A stretch of 64,000 nucleotides of DNA from an uncultured bacterium (GCA_964344565.1 CAYFNT010000010.1:22641-86640); one strand, 5' to 3'; counted from the stretch's first letter, positions 30,062-39,187 are shown. The notes: generated by a model not told the origin, from the sequence alone. A program made the numbers and translations.

Positions 30062-30083
30062 AGATTGTACCCGGGTACAGTTT
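30062..30083. repeat. 22-bp palindromic motif, copy 2 (AGATTGTACCCGGGTACAGTTT)
   Basis: Core TGTACCCGGGTACA is a perfect 14-bp palindrome. Preceded by AAGAAG, as is copy 1. Lies 46 nt after the stop of the 29531 ORF. Confidence 0.65.
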
Positions 30084-30125
30084 CACCTCGCTAGGCGGTT
30101 TCACTAGGGCGGATATGGGAAAAGA

Positions 30126-30156
30126 GTTCGGGGAAGGGAGATCCCCTTCCCCGAAC
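30126..30156 (-). terminator. hairpin downstream of C25 peptidase 2 (GTTCGGGGAAGGG-N5-CCCTTCCCCGAAC)
   Basis: Perfect 13-bp stem. A second 8-bp hairpin GGGAAGGG-N5-CCCTTCCC lies at 30178-30198. The arrangement is homologous to that downstream of paralog 1. Confidence 0.6.
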
Positions 30157-30204
30157 GATTTGCGAAGCTCTAGTGAGGGGAAGGGGGTCGCCCTTCCCAG
30201 GACA

Positions 30205-33200
30205 CTATTTGAGCATAATCATCTTCTGGGTCAGCGACTGGCCCTCATAGGCGAGACGGCTGAAGTACACGCCGCTGGCCACGGACTTGCCGGCCTCGTC
30301 GGTGCCATCCCAGATCAACTCGTAACGTCCCGGCTCCATCACGCCCGCGGCGATGGTCGCCACTCGGCGTCCGCGCACGTCGAAGACAGCCAGATCCACC
30401 TCGCCCTTCTCGGGCAGCGCGAAGCTGAGGGTCGTCTTCGGGTTGAAGGGGTTCGGGAAGTTGGCGCCGAGAGCCAGGCGCGCGGGCACCGCATCCTCCG
30501 TGTCGGTCTGGATGGACCAGCTCGCGCGCAGGAAGACGTCGTCCACGCCGGCCTCGACCAGCGAACCGTTGATCTCGTCGGAAGCGACGAAGCGCACCTG
30601 AACGTTGTCGGTGAGCGTGATGTAGTCGGTGAGCTGGAAGCTCATCTGCGTCCACAGGTTCGCCGAAGCGCTCGTGTGCTCCAGACTTACCCAGTTCACG
30701 CCGTCGCTCGTGACGTCCACGTCCCAGTAATCCTCGCCGGGATTGTTGCCCAGGTCGTTGGTGTACCAGCGCCAGTAGCTGAACTCGGCGCTGTCGGCGC
30801 CGTCCAGGTGGAAGACGGGGCTGAGCAGCGTCGTCTTGCCGCCGTCCACGTCATTCTCGCCGGCCGTGCCGCCCAGGGATCCCTGACCCGTGACGAAGGC
30901 ATTCACGCCGGGCGCCGGGGTGTGGTCGTCCTCGGGCGCGCAAGGACCGCCGCCGTACTCGGTGCCGATGGGATCCACGCGGGTCCAGATGCCGCTGCCG
31001 GCGTCATCTCCCGTGTATCCCACGGTCCAGCCGCGGTCCACTTCCATGTCGTCGAACCAACCGCCGACCGGAAGTTCGTAGGCGAGCACTTCGGAGAATC
31101 CCGAAGGGCCCTCCACGAGCAGTTCGAATGCGATGCTCGAAGGCTCGGGACATCCGGGCAGGATTTCCACCACGAACTCGGCCATGAGGGCTTCGCCGCC
31201 CATGGGGATCTCGGCACATTCCCCGAGACCGTCATGGATGATCACATTGATGTTGCCGCTGGTCAGCGTTCCGGATGCCGGCGCGCAGTCCGAGCTGCCC
31301 GTATTGCCGACCATCATGCGCAGGTTGATGGTTTCGCCCGCGTCGGCCGTGCCGCTGCCGTCGCCGTAGGGCAGGTCGACCACGGTGAGCGCGCCGCCGC
31401 CGAGAATCGGAGCCTGGGCCGTGAGCGCGAAGTTCGCGTCCCAGATGCCGTCGTCGGAGTGGGCCTCCACCGCGAACTGGACCAGATGACCGTCGGGAAT
31501 CGTGCCGGCGATCTCGAGTTCGAAGGGATCGATGTTGCTGCCGAATCCGCCCGCGGGAATGTCCGGATAGCTCTGCCCTCCGGCCGTGATGGTCACGTAG
31601 GGATCGTCGCAGCTGAGATAGGCGTACACGTTCGTGGTCGCGTCCACGCCCACGTTCTCCAGGGTCACGGTCATGCCCACGCTCTCGCCCTCGTCGAGCT
31701 CGCCGTCGGCGTCGCCGCCGCCGTCAAGCACGATGCAGTTCTCGAAGACCAGGTAGGGACCGCTGGGCGGCAGCACTTCCACCGCTTCCTGGGCCGTCAC
31801 CTTGTTGTAGGCCGTCACCGTGAGGGTCAGGCTCATGGGCGCGTCCGGAGGCTCGACCATGGAGATGGTCGCCATGCCGCCGGCGTTTGTGAGAGCCGCG
31901 CCGTAGAGCACGCCGTCCGCGTAGAGGGCGCAGAGAGCGCCTTCGAGACCGGGAATCGTCACTTCGTACTCGCTCATGCCGATGAAGAGCGCGCCGGAGT
32001 GGTTCAGGGCCATGACCTCCGGCTGCTTCGTGCGCACCGCGATGGAAGGATCGCCGAAGATGGTCCAGTTCTCGAACTCGTTGATGCCGCTCGAACCGTA
32101 CTCGTCCATCATCTGGCAGGAACCGTTGAACCAGAGGCCGCCGATGGTGCGCATCTGGTCTTCGACCAGAAGATCGATGGCTTCATCCTGTCCGCACATG
32201 GGCGGATTCCAGCTCTGGCTGATGTAGGACATGTAGCTCGCGATGGCGCCCGTGGGCACGCCGTTGTTGGTGGCGCGCTGCCAGGCCTCGGCGTAGCAGG
32301 TCGTCGAGGTGAAGGTGCCGTTGTTGCAGGCCACGCTGCAGATGAAGGGCAGCATGTTGTCGTTGACCAGGGCGTTCACGTGGGTGTTGGAGAACCCGGT
32401 GGTGCTCCAGGACGTCGTGCTGCCGTGGCCCGTGTAGTTCACGATGCCGCGCCCGGCATTGAGGCCGGCCGAAACCTGGGCCGCCGTGCCGGTGGGCTGA
32501 TAGATCTGATCCACGCCGAGGTAGCCGTAGGCCAGCAGCTTGCCGCGGATCACGTCGGAATGTTCGTCGTCGTACTCGCCGTCGTCACCGGGGCCCTCGT
32601 TTGAGGCCACGCCCATGCCGTACTGCATCCAGCTTTCCGATGCGGTGACGTCGCGCTCGTAGTGGATGGTCCTCTCGACCTGGGTGGCCACCTGGGTGGC
32701 GTTCTCGGCCGAGAAGCGTCCCACGAAGATGTCCGGATAGCTGTCGCCGCCGGCCAGCAGCGAGTACATGGGATCGGATCCGCCGCTGGGAATCGGAATC
32801 TGGGGACCGTCGCCCACCAGCAGCACGTATCCGAGATCGCCCGTGTCGTACTCGTTCTGGATGTAGGCCTTGATCTGCGTGGCCGTGGTGCCCGTCTCGC
32901 TGGTGCTCACCAGCTTGGTGTCGATGCCCTTCTGCATCTTCCACTCCACCAGGGGCAGCATGTTCGCGTAGAAGGCGTCGTAGGCCACGATGAGCAGACT
33001 GCCGTCCTCGAGCACCGGCGTGTAGCGGTCGCCGGCACCGAAGTTCAGGAAGTGACTCGAGTAGAGCTCGGCGAACTGCGGGTCGAGCTTCTCCGGCGCC
33101 GCGGCCCGGTCGAGCACGTTGATGTCACCGGCGCCAACCGGCTTCACTTCCAGCACCATGCGCTTGTGGACGCGCAGGGTCTCGCGGGCGGGCAGGTACT

Positions 33201-33741
33201 GGAAGACGTTGGCGTCGACGATCACTCCGCGATAGTCGCGAAGGATGTGCGGCGCTTCCAGGTCTACAGGCGAAACGGGCCAGGCCTCGTCGCCCCGATA
33301 GACCTCGCCGAACTCGTAGGGCACCGTGGCGGGATCCACCGAACGAAGCAGATTGCCCTTGGACGGCATCACCGGCATGAAGGGAAGATCCACCGATTCG
33401 ACCTCGAGCAGGCTCACGGCCACCTTGCGGTCGTCGGGAATGATCACCGCGCGACGCACGTCCGGCAGCGAGGGATAGCCCGCCGCCAGGTCCACGCTCT
33501 CGCCGGCCAGGCCGATGGAGAAGTAGGTCTCACCCCCGATGAGAACAGGCTCGGCGTCGAAGCCGCCCACCGTGATTTCATACACCGTCCGCTGGCCATC
33601 GGACTCGAGCATGCGCACGGCGAAATCGTCGCCGCCCAGATCGATCCACATGGCGCTCGCAGGAAATGCGAGACCGACCAGCAGAATCATGCCCAAGAGG
33701 CCGGAAAAGAAACGGGGCCTCCGACTTACGAGACGTTCCAT
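30205..33741 (-). CDS. peptidase C25 (gingipain-type) paralog 2, with MAM-like domain and FlgD-Ig/T9SS-type C-terminal domain
   Basis: Start at ATG 33741 (MERLVSRRPRFFSGLLGMILLVGLAFPASA). Catalytic blocks IVNYTGHGS (His) and LPFICSVACNNGTF (Cys). The C-terminal 300 aa look about 70% identical by eye to paralog 1. Ends ...QKMIMLK. Confidence 0.9.
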   Translation of the reverse strand: MERLVSRRPRFFSGLLGMILLVGLAFPASAMWIDLGGDDFAVRMLESDGQRTVYEITVGGFDAEPVLIGGETYFSIGLAGESVDLAAGYPSLPDVRRAVIIPDDRKVAVSLLEVESVDLPFMPVMPSKGNLLRSVDPATVPYEFGEVYRGDEAWPVSPVDLEAPHILRDYRGVIVDANVFQYLPARETLRVHKRMVLEVKPVGAGDINVLDRAAAPEKLDPQFAELYSSHFLNFGAGDRYTPVLEDGSLLIVAYDAFYANMLPLVEWKMQKGIDTKLVSTSETGTTATQIKAYIQNEYDTGDLGYVLLVGDGPQIPIPSGGSDPMYSLLAGGDSYPDIFVGRFSAENATQVATQVERTIHYERDVTASESWMQYGMGVASNEGPGDDGEYDDEHSDVIRGKLLAYGYLGVDQIYQPTGTAAQVSAGLNAGRGIVNYTGHGSTTSWSTTGFSNTHVNALVNDNMLPFICSVACNNGTFTSTTCYAEAWQRATNNGVPTGAIASYMSYISQSWNPPMCGQDEAIDLLVEDQMRTIGGLWFNGSCQMMDEYGSSGINEFENWTIFGDPSIAVRTKQPEVMALNHSGALFIGMSEYEVTIPGLEGALCALYADGVLYGAALTNAGGMATISMVEPPDAPMSLTLTVTAYNKVTAQEAVEVLPPSGPYLVFENCIVLDGGGDADGELDEGESVGMTVTLENVGVDATTNVYAYLSCDDPYVTITAGGQSYPDIPAGGFGSNIDPFELEIAGTIPDGHLVQFAVEAHSDDGIWDANFALTAQAPILGGGALTVVDLPYGDGSGTADAGETINLRMMVGNTGSSDCAPASGTLTSGNINVIIHDGLGECAEIPMGGEALMAEFVVEILPGCPEPSSIAFELLVEGPSGFSEVLAYELPVGGWFDDMEVDRGWTVGYTGDDAGSGIWTRVDPIGTEYGGGPCAPEDDHTPAPGVNAFVTGQGSLGGTAGENDVDGGKTTLLSPVFHLDGADSAEFSYWRWYTNDLGNNPGEDYWDVDVTSDGVNWVSLEHTSASANLWTQMSFQLTDYITLTDNVQVRFVASDEINGSLVEAGVDDVFLRASWSIQTDTEDAVPARLALGANFPNPFNPKTTLSFALPEKGEVDLAVFDVRGRRVATIAAGVMEPGRYELIWDGTDEAGKSVASGVYFSRLAYEGQSLTQKMIMLK

Positions 33742-33794
33742 GGGGAACCTCCATCCATGAATTTCACCCTGAGGAATGGGAATTTCGCAGGACA

Positions 33795-33803
33795 ATTCTA
33801 CCA
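33795..33803 (-). promoter_or_regulatory. extended -10 element TGGTAGAAT for C25 paralog 2
   Basis: Minus strand, 54 nt upstream of ATG 33741. Candidate -35 TTGGAA (33818-33823) at 17-nt spacing. Confidence 0.5.
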
Positions 33804-33867
33804 TTTGAGGCCTCTAATTCCAAAAAGAATCGGGATTTGCGCCTTCGCGGAGCTCATTCCTAAGCCG

Positions 33868-33897
33868 TTGTAGTCAAGGCATCTGCCGTGTTAGAAT
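33868..33897 (+). promoter_or_regulatory. promoter for C25 paralog 3 (TTGTAG-18-TGtTAGAAT)
   Basis: Extended -10 TGTTAGAAT at 33889-33897, 55 nt upstream of ATG 33952. AGGGGGA SD before the ATG. Confidence 0.5.
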
Positions 33898-33951
33898 GGG
33901 TTTGCGACTTCTCAACCCGATACTCGGGACCCTGCACCCACAAGGGGGATC

Positions 33952-36900
33952 ATGAAAGGTCTGACTCTAGCCGGACTGCTCTGCGCGCTTCTGGCGCTGC
34001 CGACCTTCGCGGCCGACGTTCAGGTGGCCACCGGCCAGGACGCCTGGAATCTGCAGGTGCTGGACGCCAGCGCCGACCAGACGCGTCTGCAACTCAATCT
34101 GGGCAGCTTCCAGATCGACGGGCTCAAGATCGACGGTGCCCAGTGGACCGTCATCGCCCTGGAAGACCTAGCCCTCCACCACCAGCGCGGACTGCCGGCC
34201 CTGCCCACGGTGCGACGCAGCGTGGTCATCCCCGATGACGCGGCCATGCGCGTGAACGTGCTCGAGGCCAGCTACCGGGATTTCCCCGGCATGGACATCG
34301 CGCCCTCGAAGGGAACCATCAGCCGAAAGATGGATCCCGAAATGGTCAGCTACGAGTTCAGCCGCTTCTACGAGACCGACGCCTGGTTCCCCGGCGAGGT
34401 CGCCGTGCTGGACGAGCCCTACATCATGCGCGACGTGCGCGGCATGGTCGTGGAACTGAACCCCTTCCAGTACAATCCGGCCACGCGCACCCTGCGCGTC
34501 TACACGGAACTGATCGTCGAGGTGGCGACCGACGGCGAGAGCTTCCTGAACCGTCTGGAGTCGCGTCCCGAAGCGCTGGACTCTGAATTCGCCAAGATCT
34601 ACTCCAGCCACTTCCTGAACTACGACCTGCTCCAGGATCGCTATGTGAGCATCCCCGAGATCGGACCCATGCTGGTGATCAGCTACGGGCCCTTCATGGG
34701 CTCCATGCAGCCATTCGTGGACTGGAAGAACCAGATGGGCGTGCCCACGACCATGGTGGATGTGTCCTCCGTCGGTTCCACAGGCAACCAGATCAAGGAC
34801 TACATCCAGGGCATCTACGACAGCGAACCCCTGACCTTCGTGCTGCTCGTCGGCGATGCGTCCCAGGTCCCCTATTTCAACAACGGCGGCGCTTCGGACC
34901 CGTCCTACGGATTCCTGGCCGGCGACGACTTTTACCCCGAGATCTTCGTGGGCCGCCTCTCCGCCGAGAACACCTCCCAAGTGGACACGCAGGTTCTGCG
35001 CAGCATCGAGTACGAGCGCGATCCTCAGATGGGCGCGACCTGGTACGCCAAGGGCATCGGCATCGGCTCCAACGAAGGTTCGGGCATCGGCGACGACGGC
35101 GAGTCCGACCGGGACCACATGGACAACATCCGCGACGACCTGCTCGCCTTCACCTACACCGAAGTGGATCAGGTCTACGATCCCGACGCCTCCGCGGCCC
35201 AGGTCGCTGCTGGCTGCAACGACGGCCGCAGCATCATCAACTACTGCGGTCACGGATGGCTCACCGGCTGGGTCACCTCGGGCTTCGAAAACGCCAACGT
35301 GAACGCCCTGGTCAACGACAACATGCTGCCCTTCATCAACAGCGTGGCCTGCAATACCGGCGAGTTCCAGAGCGGAACCTGCTTCGGCGAAGCCTGGATG
35401 CGCGCCACCAACGCCGGAGAACCCACCGGAGCCATCGGATTCTACGGCTCCACCATCAGCATGAGCTGGGCGCCGCCCATGAGTTCTCAGGACGAGACCG
35501 TCGACCTCCTGGTCGCCGGCGAGAAACGCACCTTCGGCGCCCTCTGCTTCAACGGTTCCTGTCTCATGATCGACGAGTACGGTTCCAGCGGCGAGAATGA
35601 GATGAAGTTCTGGACCATCTTCGGCGATCCGAGCCTGCGCGTCCGCACGGATACGCCGGCCGCGGTCTACGTGGATCACTTCGCCACGGTGGATCCGCTC
35701 ATGGACTACTTCACCGTGAACACCGACCCCGGCAACCTCGCGGCCATCAGCTTCGAGGGCGAATACATCGGCTCGGCCTTCGCCGACGGCGGCGGCGTGG
35801 CCCAGGTCTACTTCGAAAACGACCTGCCCACCCCCGGAAACGAGATCACCCTCACGGTGACTGGATTCAATCGCGACACCCACCAGGATCAGATACTCGT
35901 GGGCGACGGGCTGCTGCCCACCTGCGAGGTGTCGCCGTCCTTCTTCAACAAGGTGCTGCAGCAGGGCGAGGTCCAGACGGACTACCTGTCCATCGGCAAC
36001 TACGGCGAAGAGGGCTCCACGCTCTACTACTCCATCAGCATGGAGGATCCGAACTTCCCGCGTGACGGCGGGCGCAACATGACCGGATCCTACGCCTGGA
36101 CCGAGCCTTCGGCGGTCTATCCCGAATCGACCCTGAATCTGGATCTCTTCGTCTACAACGGCAGTCCCGACATGGAGTGGATCTCGAGCTTCGACATGCA
36201 GCTGCCCGCGGGTGTGGTGCTCAACAGCGCCTCGGACATGACCGGCGGCGGAGCGGGTGACCTCGTATATTCAGGCGGAACCGGCGATGGCGCCTTCTGC
36301 GAATGGACCGACCCGGACGGTGGCTGGGGGCAGATCTACGATGGCGAAACGGGCCACGCAATCCTCAACCTGACCTTCGCCAGCATGGGCGACCAGGTGG
36401 TCATCCCCTATACCATCTACGGCGACATCTACGGCAGCGATCCGCATCAGGTCAGCGGCGAGATCGTCATCACCACCCTCGGACCCAACGTGACGGTGCT
36501 CTCGCCCAACGGCGGCGAGATGATGGCCATCGGTTCCATGATGGACATCCAGTGGGCGGCCGGCGGCGGTCCCGAGAACGTGATGATCGAGCTGAGCCGC
36601 ACGGGCATCGGCGGCTGGGAGACCCTGGCGCCCTCGGTGCCCGCCGACCTGGGTCACTTCGGCTGGATGGTGGACGGAGTAATCAGCTCCAATTGCCGCA
36701 TCAAGATCTGCGACGTCGACGATCTCGCGATCACCGACACCAGCGACGACGCCTTCACCATCTATCGCACGATGACCTGGGTGCAGATGGCGACGACCTC
36801 CGGCGCGGTGCCCGAAGGCCAGACCGAGATGCTCGAAGTGGTCTTCGACGCCACGGGTCTTCCCGAGGGCAGCTACGAGACCATCCTCACCATCAGCAGC

Positions 36901-37254
36901 AATGCCGGCGATCCGGTGATCGTGCCCATCAGCATCGAGGTGTTCTTCGATCCCACCGACGCCGAAGAGACGCCGGCGACCTTCGCGCTCGGCAAGAACC
37001 ACCCCAACCCTTTCAATCCGAAGACCAGCATCGCCTTCTCCCTCAGCCAGAGCGGAGACGCGAAGCTGACGGTCTTCGACGTTCAGGGGAGGGCCGTGCG
37101 AACCCTCGCCGAGGGCTTCATGACGGCCGGCGAGCACCTGGCCGAATGGGACGGCCGCGACGCCTGGGGTCGTCAGCTCTCCTCGGGCCTCTACTTCTAC
37201 AAGCTCGAGGCGGCCGATCAGGTTCTCACCGAGAAGATGTTGATGCTCAAGTAG
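33952..37254 (+). CDS. peptidase C25 (gingipain-type) paralog 3, with FlgD-Ig/T9SS-type C-terminal domain
   Basis: Signal peptide MKGLTLAGLLCALLALPTFAA. Catalytic blocks IINYCGHGW (His) and LPFINSVACNTGEF (Cys). Ig-like middle domains. Ends NHPNPFNPKTSIAF...EKMLMLK. Confidence 0.9.
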   Translation: MKGLTLAGLLCALLALPTFAADVQVATGQDAWNLQVLDASADQTRLQLNLGSFQIDGLKIDGAQWTVIALEDLALHHQRGLPALPTVRRSVVIPDDAAMRVNVLEASYRDFPGMDIAPSKGTISRKMDPEMVSYEFSRFYETDAWFPGEVAVLDEPYIMRDVRGMVVELNPFQYNPATRTLRVYTELIVEVATDGESFLNRLESRPEALDSEFAKIYSSHFLNYDLLQDRYVSIPEIGPMLVISYGPFMGSMQPFVDWKNQMGVPTTMVDVSSVGSTGNQIKDYIQGIYDSEPLTFVLLVGDASQVPYFNNGGASDPSYGFLAGDDFYPEIFVGRLSAENTSQVDTQVLRSIEYERDPQMGATWYAKGIGIGSNEGSGIGDDGESDRDHMDNIRDDLLAFTYTEVDQVYDPDASAAQVAAGCNDGRSIINYCGHGWLTGWVTSGFENANVNALVNDNMLPFINSVACNTGEFQSGTCFGEAWMRATNAGEPTGAIGFYGSTISMSWAPPMSSQDETVDLLVAGEKRTFGALCFNGSCLMIDEYGSSGENEMKFWTIFGDPSLRVRTDTPAAVYVDHFATVDPLMDYFTVNTDPGNLAAISFEGEYIGSAFADGGGVAQVYFENDLPTPGNEITLTVTGFNRDTHQDQILVGDGLLPTCEVSPSFFNKVLQQGEVQTDYLSIGNYGEEGSTLYYSISMEDPNFPRDGGRNMTGSYAWTEPSAVYPESTLNLDLFVYNGSPDMEWISSFDMQLPAGVVLNSASDMTGGGAGDLVYSGGTGDGAFCEWTDPDGGWGQIYDGETGHAILNLTFASMGDQVVIPYTIYGDIYGSDPHQVSGEIVITTLGPNVTVLSPNGGEMMAIGSMMDIQWAAGGGPENVMIELSRTGIGGWETLAPSVPADLGHFGWMVDGVISSNCRIKICDVDDLAITDTSDDAFTIYRTMTWVQMATTSGAVPEGQTEMLEVVFDATGLPEGSYETILTISSNAGDPVIVPISIEVFFDPTDAEETPATFALGKNHPNPFNPKTSIAFSLSQSGDAKLTVFDVQGRAVRTLAEGFMTAGEHLAEWDGRDAWGRQLSSGLYFYKLEAADQVLTEKMLMLK

Positions 37255-37285
37255 CCGGCGACAGGAGACTGCTGGCAGGAAAACC

Positions 37286-37315
37286 CCCTCCCCCGAATTC
37301 GGGGGAGGGTTTTTT
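37286..37315 (+). terminator. rho-independent terminator after C25 paralog 3
   Basis: CCCTCCCCC-GAATTC-GGGGGAGGG followed by TTTTTT. Confidence 0.85.
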
Positions 37316-37399
37316 CGGCCCATGCGTTGTGGATTTGCGCCTTTTATGGCAAGATCGCTGAGTTCCCCGCCTGTCAGGTCCCTCTCATCGGAGATTCCC

Positions 37400-39172
37400 G
37401 TGAAAAACATCGCCCTCGGCATTCGCGCTGGAGCGCGTCAGCATGGCGACACCGTGGCCCTGCGCCACAAGATCGTCGGCAGCTGGCATGAGATCAGCTA
37501 CGGCGAGATGGACGAATCGATCGAGGCGGTGGCCCGCAAACTCGTGGAGCTCGGCGTCGACGAGGGCGGCAGGGTGGCGATCTTCGCGCCGAACTGTCCG
37601 GACTGGATTCTGGCGGACCTCGGCATCCAGAGCATCAGGGCGGTCACGGTTCCCATCTTCGCCACGAGCACGGTGGAACAGGCTCGCTACATCATCGAGG
37701 ACGCCGAGGTGCGCGTGGCCTTCGCGGGATCCCGCAGCGAGATGGACAAGCTCGTGGAAGTGCGCGAGCTCTGCGGACAGCCCGAGATTCTCGTAGCCCT
37801 GGACGGCAGCACCGAGGCCGGCGACGAGAGCGACATGCTCATGGCCGACTTCATCGAGTCCGGCCGCCTGGCCGACACGGCCGACGAGTGCCGGCGCCGC
37901 GAGGGCGAGGCCTCAGGCGAGGATCTCGCCACCATCATCTACACCTCGGGAACCACGGGCGAGCCCAAGGGCGTGATGCTCACCCACGCGAACTTCCTCA
38001 ACCAGTTCGAAACCCTCGAGAGCCGTTACGACGTGACCGGCGATGATCGCTCCCTCTGCTTCCTTCCCCTCAGCCACGTTTTCGAACGCGCCTGGACATT
38101 CTACGTGCTGCTCAAGGGAGCGAAGAATTCATTCCTCCCCGATCCCCGACGCATCGCCAGCTACCTGGTGGACGTCAGGCCCAACGTGATGGCCAGCGCT
38201 CCGCGCCTCTACGAGAAGATCTACGCGGGCATCTACGACAAGCTCGAAATCGCGCCTTCCTATCGGCGGAAGCTCTTCTACTGGGCCCTGGACGTGGGCG
38301 GCAGGTACCAGGCGAAGATTCGCGATGGCGGAGCCGGGTCCCTGCTCAGGGCCCAGCACGCCCTGGCGGACCGCCTGGTTCTCTCGAAGCTGCGCGAGGT
38401 CATCGGGGGACCCAAGAAGTTCATGGCCTCCGGAGGAGCGGCCCTCTCCCAGGAGATCGAAGAGATGTTCTTCGCGGCCGGCCTGCTCATCTGTCAGGGC
38501 TATGGCCTCACCGAGACCGCGCCCATGCTCACCGCGAACTGTCCCGGGGATTTCAAGTTCGGAACCGTGGGCAAACCGGTGGTCGGCGTCCAGATCAAGA
38601 TCGCGGAGAACGGGGAGATCCTCGCCAAGGGACCCAACGTCATGCCCGGCTACTTCAACAAGCCCGAAGCGACCGCCGAGGTCTTCAGCGAGGGATGGTT
38701 CCACACCGGCGACGTGGGACACATCGACGAGGACGGCTTCCTGGTCATCACCGACCGAATCAAGGATCTCATCGTCACCTCCGGCGGCAAGAACGTGGCG
38801 CCCCAGCTGGTGGAGATGGTCGTGGGCAAGGATCCCTTCATCGAGCAGCTCGCCGTGCTCGGTGACCGTCGCAAGTACATCAGCGCGCTGGTGGTTCCGT
38901 CCTTCGATGTGCTCGCCGACTGGGCCCGTCGCCAGAAGCTGAACTTCGAATCCCACGAAGAGCTCGTGAAGATGCCCGAGGTGATCCGTCACATGACCGA
39001 GCGCATCACGGCCCAGTCGCGTCAGCTGGCGCCCTTCGAGAAGATCAAACGATTCACCCTGCTGGCCAAGGAGTTCACCATGCAGGCCGGCGAGATCACG
39101 CCGACCCTGAAGGTGAAGCGGCGGGTCATCCGCGAGAAGTACAAGGACCTCATCGAGCGGATGTACAGCTAA
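37400..39172 (+). CDS. long-chain fatty acid--CoA ligase (AMP-dependent synthetase)
   Basis: AMP-binding motif IIYTSGTTGEPKGVMLTH, plus GYGLTETAP and TGDVGHIDEDGFLVITDRIKD. GTG 37400 with GGAG upstream is preferred, because ATG 37322 abuts the preceding terminator. Confidence 0.88.
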   Translation: MKNIALGIRAGARQHGDTVALRHKIVGSWHEISYGEMDESIEAVARKLVELGVDEGGRVAIFAPNCPDWILADLGIQSIRAVTVPIFATSTVEQARYIIEDAEVRVAFAGSRSEMDKLVEVRELCGQPEILVALDGSTEAGDESDMLMADFIESGRLADTADECRRREGEASGEDLATIIYTSGTTGEPKGVMLTHANFLNQFETLESRYDVTGDDRSLCFLPLSHVFERAWTFYVLLKGAKNSFLPDPRRIASYLVDVRPNVMASAPRLYEKIYAGIYDKLEIAPSYRRKLFYWALDVGGRYQAKIRDGGAGSLLRAQHALADRLVLSKLREVIGGPKKFMASGGAALSQEIEEMFFAAGLLICQGYGLTETAPMLTANCPGDFKFGTVGKPVVGVQIKIAENGEILAKGPNVMPGYFNKPEATAEVFSEGWFHTGDVGHIDEDGFLVITDRIKDLIVTSGGKNVAPQLVEMVVGKDPFIEQLAVLGDRRKYISALVVPSFDVLADWARRQKLNFESHEELVKMPEVIRHMTERITAQSRQLAPFEKIKRFTLLAKEFTMQAGEITPTLKVKRRVIREKYKDLIERMYS

Positions 39173-39187
39173 GCTGCCCGCCAGAGA

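Noticed and set aside
17759-30083. Reading the GTAC-N4-GTAC palindromes as LexA/SOS boxes.
   Set aside because: The architecture resembles cyanobacterial-type LexA sites. However, none of the adjacent genes (phosphoesterase, orphan secreted protein, peptidases) is an SOS gene, and lexA/recA are not in the window for comparison. It is left as a testable alternative only.
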